Source: Marsupella aquatica (taxonomy: Eukaryota; Plantae; Marchantiophyta). From it: DNA of 64,000 nt. Below are positions 23,330 through 34,562 of the stretch, in pieces. The position numbers and the translations under genes were made by a program. Position 1 is the stretch's first letter. Each line of letters opens with the position of its first letter. The notes under the pieces are model-generated. The model did not search any database and was not told where the DNA came from. It worked only from the letters and a program-made list of their open reading frames with translations. The DNA lies in NCBI GenBank assembly GCA_973895155.1, contig OZ316895.1, forward strand, positions 11,024,184 to 11,088,183, in the 5' to 3' direction.

Positions 23330-24110
23330 TGTTTTAAAGATGAATAATTCGTGGCACTGCTCGAGTATAGAGAACGAGGATTGAGACCAAAACAAATCAC
23401 AAGTATCCCGTGGTGATAGTCCCTTCTCCTAAGCTACCCTAGGTTACATGCATGCTCTCTAGATGACTGGATATACTAGTCAGCTACCCTACGTTCCATC
23501 CTCAAAAGCTGAAACGTGAGCTACCCTACGTTGCATGCTCCAAAGAAGATTGTTTGTTGACAGGTGGATTCCTTTCCATTTCAAGACCAACCAAAAAACT
23601 ATGTATTGTTGAAACACCACGACATGAAAATGACCAATCTTCTCATTCATAGGAAAAGACTTTATACAAGAGGTAGTTACTAAGGATGTTAGGGTAACTA
23701 CCTAAAGGAGGAGGTTTAACCCTGGTTAATGGTAGACTCAATCTTGGGTTGTAACACTCCCCCTTGGGTGCACCATAAAAATGTTATGGTGCAACCATCA
23801 AGTCTACCATATTTGAAGTTAAATTATTGTCTCTCTAAGATATGGCCTAATGAAAATGAGAAGAAGGGGGGGGGGATGTAACCTCAATAAAACCTCCCCT
23901 AGTTTTTTTTGGGAGGAAAGAGTGTTACCATCCCTCCTTATTCATAGTGTAATGTAATGTAATTGAGTGGTGAGGCCCTTAAAGGGCAATATCTAAGTTT
24001 AAGTAGACTATGTCACCCAATATGATGAATTGAACAAGTGTTACTAGTCTTTAGGGCTTTATGAGACGAAAAGTAAGTGTAAACAGTGTCAACTAATGTG
24101 ACCTAAACTA
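23330..24110 (-). mobile_element. Old, degraded copia-like remnant (3' LTR, PPT, RNase H end)
   Basis: Minus strand has PPT aagggggag directly followed by tgttacaacc at ~23755, and a decayed ...IKP...-like RH terminus near 24050. Boundaries approximate. Confidence 0.35.
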
Positions 24111-24834
24111 CTCGGTTGAATGAGGTAGTGCGTAAGGTTAGCAGCATGTGATGAAGGAAGTGTCATTGACGAACGAGTAAGGGAATATAGCAAGTTCATT
24201 TTTCCCATTGAGGTGAATGCTCACTAGATATCCTGGGAGCAACACAGATTCTGAGGATCCATTCAGGCAATCTATTAACCAACATCCTAATTAAAAGTCC
24301 TTCCCAACTTAGTCGACACTTTTTCACTAGTACTTTCAATGTTACCGCCACTGGTAGCCTGAATGAGACCGGCAATGAAGATGCCAATGGTAGCTTCAGT
24401 ACATAGCTTCAATGGTAACTTCAGTGGACCATCTAATGTGTTACAATAAAACTGTATCAGTCCTTGAATAAACATTTACTTTCAAAGTATCTCCAACATA
24501 TATGAAAATTGTTGCCTCCATAATGGATTAGTTCTCTTGTGATGAGAATGGTAGTGTAATTCATGGTTAACTTTTCTTAAAAGACTCTAATTATGGAGGT
24601 TCAAGCAGGGCCATTTGAATTTTAGGTTTCTGCAAGTCATCATTATCAAAGCTGTATTTCTTCTGCACTAAAATAGTTCTGGACTACAAGTTTACCCATG
24701 TGATTCTGTTCAAGTAGAGCCAACAGCCTTAGGCAATTCCTTCCACATTCAAACAATTATGGGTTCGGGCTGCAAAAGACAACCATACTTAAACAAGTTT
24801 GGGTTAGAAATGGCCGTGCAGCCGCAGACCTCTT

Positions 24835-25177
24835 TGTTAGATATTGCTCTAGTCTTGTGACTCATGAGCTAACTACAGTTAGGCTAACTTGGGTTAGGAT
24901 TTAGCTAATGTTAGCGGTAGTGCTATTGTGTATATAGCCAGGGCTGATGCCAGACCCTGGTGGAACTTAGGCTCATTGTTACGGAGCTAGTTGAGAGATA
25001 GGGAGAGCTTGTGCTATGGATGCTTGGTATGGCCGGTCGGCCTAGAGTGCAGTAAAACTCTTGTGTGTTCCCGTGGACGTAGCCTCATGTGGAGGTGAAC
25101 CACATATCTCTCTGTGTCGACTATTGTGCGTTGGATGGTTCATGGCTTGCTGTTACGAATGTTGTCTATGCTCAACA
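24835..25177 (+). mobile_element. Solo LTR of the same copia family as 9475-12575
   Basis: 343 bp, TGTTAGATATTGCTC...GCTCAACA, highly similar to both LTRs of the 9.5 kb element. TSD CTCTT at 24830-24834 and 25178-25182. Confidence 0.96.
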
Positions 25178-27225
25178 CTCTTCATGCAAGGGCAAACCTT
25201 GTAGGAAAAAAACCTTATAAAACCATGCCAAAAACTTCTAATGAACTGTTTTGAACTAGAAGACATTAGTCATATTGTCTTCACTTCATAGTCCGTCCCA
25301 CACAGCAGTGTTCCGCAGATTCCCCCAACTATGGAGTTCATGGTTTAAGCACAATCAACTTCGTTTTACACAGTAAAAAGTTTTGGTCATAGAATTAACC
25401 AAACCATGGTTTTGGTCTCCATGCGTCCAATACCCTCAATATTATGGCAAATAAAAATAGCATATCAAAACTCAATATTTATCCCCGTATTTATCATAAA
25501 TACTAAACCTTGAGAGGCTCTCAAAGACAAGGAAGTAGTTCTCCTAGTAGGAGACTCTCAAAGACAGTAAATTTTGGTTCTCCTAGTGACCTGGTCTACC
25601 CAACTGGTTACTTCAGCCCGTTTTATTGAAGTTCAGTAAGAAAGGGTAAAGTTTAATTTCTTTGAGGTCATTTTGGTGGTTAAGGTTCTTATCATCCTCT
25701 CTTGTAAATGGAACTGCAAGTAGAGTGAGCACTTTGCTTTTGCTTTTGCTTCACAATGTCTCAAGCAGTTTGCTCAATGGTAAAAAACAAAACCACTTTA
25801 TTGCACAATGGGGCTGTAATTTTTCTACACACTGCTTTGGACTGTAGGGCATTGATCTTTTACAAATTGACTTTGTGACTTATGGGAGCACTGTTGTGTA
25901 ATTTTATTTTTTAGAGAGCTCTGCTTTTGTTACAATGCACTACAAATTATTTTGCTGTTGCAGAGCTGCCATAAATTCTAATTTGCAGTGGAATCCTGTT
26001 TTTTCAGAGTGCACGGTTGCCAGAGCACTTTGAATAAATTGCCACTATGGAGCTACTAAATTTTTTGATTTGCATCTGCTTATACTATGGTAGGCATGCA
26101 ATGGGAGTGCTTCCCCACAGTAGTGTAACTGAATTACAGGTGAATAGCCGATGAGAACATTTTTAACTTTTACCATCCATTTGTGGTCTGTTTCTCTCAT
26201 GATCTGACGGAGTCTCCCTCTCAAAGTCCATGGGAATTGCAGATGTTAGAGTCTCTGTCCATCCCTTTCTCCCTCCTAGTGCTGAGTATGACCTCCCTTG
26301 CGAGTTGCCTGCATAGGTGCATGCTCGGAGTTGATTGTCTATCCTCTGTTGGATGGGTCAATTTTTGGTTCCAAGGCAAAGAAAATAAGACAAGTATAGT
26401 CACAAAAATGGGCCCATAAATAAGACTAAAAAATGTGAATGGTACCCTAATAAAGACTATAGTGGTGGGTGCCTTCCGAATTCCGGGGTACATGGCAGTG
26501 ATGGCACCTCTTATTAGGAACAATTGCTACAGAAATGGACAACACTGGCCGCAAAAGATCCCTGGATTCTTTCGTAAGAAATCGCGGAAGGACAGCACAT
26601 CAGACCAGATTCCGATACTAACTTCTCAATTCTCATGCAGGTTCGGTAGTGGTTCGGCGATTCGGTTGGTTCGTTGGGCGGATGCCCGGGCTGGCCACTG
26701 CTCTGCCGCCACGAGCCCTCTCTCGCGACGGCTCGGCTGTAGCGAAGAGAAGGGAGAAGAGGACACATTGTCCTGGTTTATGGCGCACCGCTCTACCCTC
26801 TCCGAAAGCTCTCCTAACGGCGGTGATGGTGGAGAGTAATTCTGCTCGCCGCAGCCTCTCTTCTTGACTGTCGAAGTGGGTCTCGAACGTCCGGGATTTG
26901 GCTCCAGTCACGATCACACACGTTTTGCAAACGCTCGTCCTACCCCTACTTGTGACCTCAGTCCGTAACGGGCTTGGGATCTTTCTGCGGTGGCTTCCTC
27001 TGTCCGATCATCTCCCCTTCGTGTCCCATTTAACCTTCCATCGATCGAGCTGGAAACTTAGACATTTCCCCCCTCCTCTGCCATTTGCTTGAGCATTCGC
27101 TGTATCCGGGACGTGGAGTAGAGATTGGAATTGAGTATCGTTCCGGTGGGAAGGATTTCTTTGGAACACAGAAGCTCGATAAGTTTCCCTGCTTGATTTA
27201 ATTTGTGTACGTCGATTTATCGAAA

Positions 27226-29607
27226 ATGGTGGGAACTACTTCGACCGAACTGAAGGTCCTGGCCTGCGGATGGGCAGCCCGCGACAGCTCTGGACATATG
27301 AGCCCTTTTTCTTTCAAGAGAAGGTATGCTTGAATGATTTGTCGTGGGTCTCGGAAGATCTTTCGACTCGCCGGTTTTAAGAACTGTGTGAACATTATGG
27401 TAGTTTGGTCGGGTTCTGTGAATCTCGACCTCGTGTTCTAGCGTGTGAGTTTAGCTGCGTTTCTCCGGATCCATAGAAATGCAGAAGCTTTTGAGTGCAT
27501 GCGCTGAGCTTTGAGTTTGGGTCAAATTAGAGACGGTTTTCCTGAAAAGTGTTCAGTGGACCGGTCATCTTCTGGATGGCTCCCATTGACGATGACTTTC
27601 GAGAGATAGATCGGACTTCCTTTAAAGTTCCCCTGATTTTGTTGAGCAGGGAGTCCATCGTGTTGTATCCGGTTAGTGCACTTTAAAGTTGTATACGTTC
27701 ACATTTGTGCTTCCATGCGGTTTTCCTTCGGCTAATTCTTGTCCTTCCGCTGCATGCAGAGAGCCCGGCCCGCAGGATGTTGCTTTCGATGTCAAGTACT
27801 GTGGAATTTGCCATTCGGATCTCCATCAAATCAAGAACGAATGGGGCGGCTCGGAGTATCCCATGGTTCCTGGGTAAGATCTCCCTGTTATATCACCAGC
27901 TGTCTGGCTGTGTTCACATGATCCCATTTTTTACAGCCATGGCGTGCAGAGTGGGAGTTGTTCTCTCGACTTCGTTGTCCGCAGAGAACACACCATTATA
28001 TCTGGATTCGAATTGCTTGAGTCCAGTTGCTGCTGTGGTCTGCAATAGTTTGCATGGGACTTTTCTGTATTAATGATGATTCTTTGCTTACAGGCACGAG
28101 ATTGTGGGAGTTGTCACAAAGGTTGGATCGGAGGTGACTAAATTCAAACCTGGGGACCATGTTGGAGTTGGTTGCTTGGTGGACTCCTGTCTGGAGTGCG
28201 AAACGTGCCACAAAGGCTTGGAAAATTACTGCCCTAAGCTCGTCTGGACCTACGCCTCTATGGGACATGACGGCCATCCTACTTACGGCGGCTACTCGAA
28301 TGTCATGATCGTCAAAGAACAGTACGTAATGTAGTGTACAATTTGTCCGCATGAAATGGCTCGCATGGTAGATTGTTTCTTTCACAGTTACCTGTCACCG
28401 TTGTTATGGTTCCTATGTGATGGAGCCTCCCTCAAACTTTGCATTATAGAGTGGCTTGCAAATAGCTTACGATACTCGAATTAAAGCGATTGTCGAATTA
28501 GAAGTAGTCATGGTGGAAAACGAGCGAAATAATGTCTTATTGAAATATAACCTGCCTTCTGTGGCTCATCACACTATTGACATCTGTTTCATAATAATAT
28601 TTGGATTGAATTGTAGTTTTGCGCTCAAGATGCCCGAGAATTTGCCGATGGATGCGGCCGCACCACTTTTGTGTGCCGGAATTACTGTCTTCAGTCCCAT
28701 GAAGCATTACGGTATGGAACAGGGAGGCAAGAACTTCGGAGTTGTCGGACTGGGTGGGCTCGGCCACATGGCTGCCAAGATTGCCAAGGCTTTTGGCATG
28801 AACGTGACAGTCATCAGTACTTCACCGAAGAAAGAGAAAGAGGCTCGTTCGAATCTTCTTGCTGACAACTTCATCGTCAGTAAAGACGAAGCGCAAATGA
28901 AGGTAACGGACAAAACCGGCTGAAGTTCGTCTACAGTTTTTGTTAGTTTATTACGTCGGGTTTCGTACACCCATGAGGCTTTATACTTTGATGAAGTCGA
29001 CTGTCCAACTGCTCTCGGGGGACAGTTCCCATGACTTCTGTATTATGATGACAGAACCGAATGCTTTGGTTCTTGGTTCTGTACTTATGCGAACTGATCT
29101 CAGTCTGTTTACTAAGCTGTCAAATGTCGTGTACATGTGCAGGCAGCAGCCCAAACGCTGGATTTCATTATTGATACAGTATCAGCTCCTCACAACGTAG
29201 AAGATTATCTTGGGCTACTGAAAGTTGACGGCAAGCTAGTAATTGTTGGAGTGCCGCCGCATAACATGTCAATCGCACCAACTTCTCTGATCCAGGGTAA
29301 TATTTCGAATCTTGTGTACCCGAACTTTGTTATTGCCGAACATGTTGTCAGCATTTGTTGAGGGAAAACCCACATCAATCTAACGAATGGTTTTAATGTT
29401 GCAGCACGAAGGACCTTGGGCGGTAGTCTTATCGGAGGGATTGCAGAGACGCAAGAAATGTTGGACTTCTGTGGAAAACATAATGTGACTTGCGACATCG
29501 AGAAAATTCCTATTAGCTATGTCAACGACGCGATGGTGCGGCTCAAGAACTCTGACGTACACTATCGGTTTGTGATTGACGTTGCGAACACTCTCAAGGC
29601 GGAGTAG
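27226..29607 (+). CDS. CAD: Cinnamyl alcohol dehydrogenase family (Zn/NADPH medium-chain dehydrogenase), 360 aa. Exons 27226-27323, 27760-27873, 28094-28321, 28617-28902, 29143-29296, 29405-29607
   Basis: [32 protein letters not shown], structural Zn site (CLECETC...ENYC), APLLCAG, GLGGLG, ISTS (NADPH) and [10 protein letters not shown]. Six GT-AG-joined exons total 1083 nt. Confidence 0.95.
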
Positions 29608-31060
29608 GAGAAGGAAGCTCTTCGTGTAGCAAGAAAGATCTTCTTGTAGCGTCGTTCGAGATGGAAAGTTTGCTGAACAGAAAGGTTGTCTTAACGCAAT
29701 GGAAAATGTCTTATGAAACCTACCATCAGCTGAGATTATCGTATGGGACGAAGCCGACGGTCCGTGCTTGCCAACGGCAGTTCGGTGAATTTTTGGTCAG
29801 TGTCTTGTATAAATAATTGGAGTCCTGGATTAGACCTAATGGAGATAGATTTACCCTCACATTAAATATGGGTTCGACCAGAAATCTGATATTACTTTAG
29901 ACTCGGAATCTGTATATCCAGATTTTATTGGTTACACGAATAGGAAGCAGACTACTAATTGTGACAGTAGGCGTAATTATTTTGAACTTTCTATGACTAA
30001 TAATATCATTTGAATGTTGTGATCTCCACAACTATTTCACCACATCTTGTTGTGCATCTGTCGGAAAAGTTCCTTCACAGTCTTCGCTTATTTTATTGTC
30101 ATGAAATTTGATGACTATATTGAAAGTGAAGAACTGTTTTTTGACGTCTGAGAAATTCATTTGCCATTACGCTGCCATTGAACTTGATCATTGCACACTG
30201 TATCTAGAGTCGATCTAAATCCTTTGTCAAGGAAGATGCTCTGTTTGCCTTGTGCTAGCAATGACATGGGGTCAATACCCTTGACATCACTTCAATCAAT
30301 GTTAAGGGTATGTGTGATAAATACCCTGCATAGTAAGGTGGAAAGATTGGACACTTATGAATTGAATTTCGAGCCAAATTTTGTTTTGGATTTGGATTGG
30401 ATGATGAATCCTCAAACTTTCATGTAGCATGTTGTAAAACACACAAGTACATGAGGAAAAAAGCTACAGTAGGACGAAACTATTTCGAAACTAGCGTTCA
30501 AGATCATGTACACTGAAGCTCAGAGAAACAAAAGTGAGGCACTTTATATCATATAAAGTGAATATCTGCATGGAACATAATCCTATATGATTATGATATC
30601 GCAAATTGTTCTCTGATACAGTCAAATTTTCCAATTTTGTCAAACTCTAAAAGATAATGCTACCCTCCAATTACAGCAAATTTTACTAGCCCATTAAAAT
30701 TTTACTAGCCCATTACTATATCATGAAAGAAAAGATATTTTTATCTAAACAAAATTTGTTATGAAAAATAACTGAAAGGCAGACACTTGGGCACAAGCTA
30801 ACTAGAAGCCATGTTGCCTAAGGGGGCTCTTATAGTCTTAGTGCCTTTTAGCTGGCTTTTCTCCACAGTTCATTGCTGCTGCCCGGATTTTTTATGCCTC
30901 TGCCTTGGGTTTTTGTTGACTTTGCCTGCCCCTGGCCCCTACTGGCCTTTTGGTTTCCCTCACCCGTCCTTTGCTCATCCTTGCATTCCCTCCACCCCCT
31001 ATGGACATAATTGTTTGGTATTGCCTCTACCTTGTACTTGGCTAATTGCGGGTAACATTA

Positions 31061-32542
31061 AGTGGTGGACCTTGCCACCCAGCGCCCTCATCAATCCTAG
31101 CACTTGCGCCTAAGTGCCCTTGGTGCCCGAACGCCTCCACGGAATACCTCGAGCAAGCATCCAAGTGCCTCTACACTACCTGCGGCCACTCCCATACGAA
31201 GTCGCACTTGCTCACCTACACGACCGCTACTCAACGGTCCTCACTGTCTGCACAAGCAACCAAACACCTCGGTAAGTAACCCCTTCGGATCTAGAACTCG
31301 CCAAGTCTAGCATCCTAACTCAAGCTCAACAGACGTTGGTAAATAGGTCAGTGATAGGTCCTCCCGATGCCATAAGCCGGAACCAGAACCCACGCCCACT
31401 GTCCGTCCAAGACAGCTCCTTCCTTGGGCGCGGCCCGGGTTCCCCCTCGTACCTATCCATCACCAACTGACCGCCCTGACCTCAGGACATGCTCATGGCC
31501 CAAATAGCGTAGCTTGTCCTAAAGTTTGTCTCAACACGCCGGGACCAGAACGGCCCCGACTCGAACACCCACTCCCGGTTCGCCCCACTGATGGTCTAGG
31601 GACCGAGCGCCCTTGAGACTCAGCCTCCTTACCTACTTGGCCTTGCCCCCCCAACACAAACTCCCTTGGGAGGCTGAACGCGGCTTGGCTGCTGTTCGAC
31701 AGGATTTGGCAAGCGGGCGAGCTAACACCCGCAAACCACGAGAACCCATGGCACCCCCAGACCCAGCTGAGCTCAGGAGGGCGTAGCCCTCCTCAAGAGC
31801 TTTCCAACGCACCTAAGAAGTCCTCCAACGGACTCCCCGTTGGGAAGATATCGTCATTTTCGTTTGGCGGTTTCCCTTAGTGTCGCGACCGCCGCGGCTC
31901 ACGAATTTGGCTCGCCCTTAGCCCCCAGGGAGACACCACTCCCCTCATATATGCTTCTGGAGACCTGCCACCCCCGGACCAGCTTTGGTCCCTAAACATT
32001 TGGCCCCCAACCCGGATCCCATCGCGCATAATGGGCGCGCCACCAACTGGCAACGCCCATAACTTTCTTGATAGGCATCCGCAAGCGGAGTGCCTTAGCC
32101 CGTTGTGACTGGGCCAACCCAGTGCTCATGCCTAGGCCCTCAGGTCTGATCGCCGCTCGGGGCCCCCGACCGGCCCAACCTGGATCAGGCCACAACTTGC
32201 GCCCCAAGCGTCCGTTACCAACGGCCATAACTCCATTGGCCTTGGGCCCAAGAGGAGTTCACTCCTAAGCCCTCAGAACTCAAAGCCCATCCGATGGTCC
32301 GGACGGCCACCCTTGAGCCCGACCCATTTTCCCTTGACCCAACCAGCCATAGGCTAGTCCAAGTCCTTAGTGCGTGTCCTCGGCTTGGCCCCGTGCCTCG
32401 CTAGTGTCACGTCTCATTGCCCACAAGTCTCCCCATGCTAAGTCCTCCCCGGATGGCCTATCCGGGCCTGGACCATAAGGGAGCTCGGCATCGGAGTCAG
32501 CGACGCCGGAGCTAAGTGTTAAGGTAGTCGAGTTCCGCGACT
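31061..32542. mobile_element. ~1.5 kb GC-rich LTR-like repeat, copy A (truncated ~50 bp at its inner end)
   Basis: Collinear reverse complement of 51953-53433 along its whole length (e.g. acgcctccacggaatacc; gaagtcctccaacggact; gagctcgg...tcggagtcagc). No recognisable coding motifs. Confidence 0.85.
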
Positions 32543-33762
32543 CATTAGCTTTAGTTACACACTAGCACAGTTTGTGGAGTGACTCACTCAAGTGGGCATA
32601 ATGTCTTAGAGAGTTCCAGTGTAGAACTCATTCTACAGAGTGAGGTCTTTGGTGAAAGACCTAAAGAGGAGATACTCCTTAGAGCTCCGCAGAGGAGGCT
32701 ATGGTGGACCATGTATGATTTGATCATTAGTGATTTCCTCGACAAAAGTGGACATAGCCCATCTGGGTGAATCACTTATATGTTGTGTAGTCTCATGGTG
32801 AATGTGCATGAGTTGTTGGCGTGCGCATTGTTGATGTGACTCTACTATCGATCCTGGACGACGGTTTTTCCCAACAATAATCACTTGCATCCCTCCCTCG
32901 TTTCCTCCTGATAAATGGTTAGCAGAACCACAACATGCCATGGGTGACCTTTTTGACTAGGTTTTACTTCAAGAGACTTTTTGTATCAACCCCATCTTCA
33001 GTAACATCCTCAATGGCAGTTCCTTCTCTCAATGTTTTGCTTGCCTCCACAAAACTTCCTTGCCTCACTTGGACATTTGCAAGGCTTGCCCTAGGAAACA
33101 CAACATGGCTGCAAGTCCCCTATAACAGCAAAAGAAAGAAAACGCTGCTGAGTAGCAATCTAACAAGCCTGGTAAACCTTCTGTGTAAACTGCACACCAG
33201 GGTTTGTTTTAGCTAAAATTTCACTATATAATTTACAAGGATGCTCGGTTACACCAGGCACCTGAACCTTACGTCTGAGGGAGACTCTAGGCACTTGACA
33301 ACACTTGACAGTATGGAGAAAAGGCACAATTGGTGTGCTGCCTCGTTCACTTGGATTCTGCGTGTACTTTAACTGACTTTTAGAATTTCCGTTAAATTTG
33401 CTGGATTATTTGGCTAGTCTCCCACCTAGCCACAGACCCACTCCCCCGAATCTGACAGTGATCCTTAAATTCAAGGAGATGAGAGTGCCCCGAAGTAATC
33501 CGTGAAAATTAGATTAGTAATATTCTTAATTAGCATCTTCTCTTTGAAACAAGGTGACCCCCACCCTACGAAAAAGAAAAAGGAATTTTTGTTTTAATAT
33601 AGATTTGGCCAGGCTGGTCACGAAGAGGCTGGTCACGACGAGGAATTCTAGAATTGTAGGGTGCAGATTTGATCTCCAAGTAAGTGAAGAAAACAAGGAA
33701 AGGCCCCAACGTCTTTATAAAGCCACCGTGACCCCGTGACAATCATGGGGTTTCGAACGTAG

Positions 33763-33776
33763 TTTTCCCGCCAAAA
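33763..33776 (+). promoter_or_regulatory. Near-palindromic E2F binding site upstream of DDM1
   Basis: TTTTCCCGCCAAAA matches TTTSSCGS on both strands. It lies ~45 bp downstream of TTTATAAA and upstream of a CT-rich 5' leader. Confidence 0.6.
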
Positions 33777-34562
33777 TCATCAGCCTCCCGTCGTCTTTCT
33801 TGTCTACGAGACGTACTTCTGACTCTCTCGCATGCTCTGCAGTCTAGCCCACACGGGTCAGTCAATGCCCTTCAGCTCGCACATTCGCACAATCTCCACT
33901 CCTCAGCTCCTCTCCTCTCCTCTCCTCTCCTCTCCTCCGCTCTGCTCCGAACGGTCGAGCGGAGTGGGCTCCGGCTGCTCCTCGTCTCTGACCTGACCTC
34001 CCTCCTCGGCATTGCTTCGACACGGGCACGATCAGGCTTCAAAAAAACTGCCATCCCCTGTCTTCTTTCGGTTGCATCGGCCATGCAAGTACTACTGTAC
34101 TGACTGTGGCTGACCTGTATTTGAAAGTGTCTGCTCATCATTCTCTCGGCTTGTGTCAGTGGGCAGTTGTGACGAGGGTCTCGATTTGATTATTTTGTAG
34201 GAGCATAGAACCGATTGTGGGCTGGGCAGGATGAGGTCAGTAACATTTACAGGCATTGGAAAGAAAGTCAGCAGCATGAGGGTCTTCGACGCGGACGCGA
34301 CGAGGATCCGACGCTCATGTTGTGGGTAGTGAGTGAGAGAGGACAGGCAAGCACTCCGCAGGGTTTTGGGTTTTGGTTGTTATTAGGTAGTCTTGTCTCG
34401 CAGCCAGGTAAGCTAGAGCTGGAGTTGCGGCCGCATTGCGATTCTTGCACAGAGGGTCGGAACTGATCATGTCGTGCGAGGGATTCGTTTGAAGGTTGTA
34501 TGATCAGAGGGCAAGGATTGCGGGGGTAGTGTTACGAGGTGTGTTGCTGTGGGCAGGAGACC

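Noticed and set aside
26707-26755. Imperfect hairpin upstream of CAD
   Set aside because: Short, and expected by chance from adjacent CT- and GA-rich tracts. Too small for a plant miRNA precursor.
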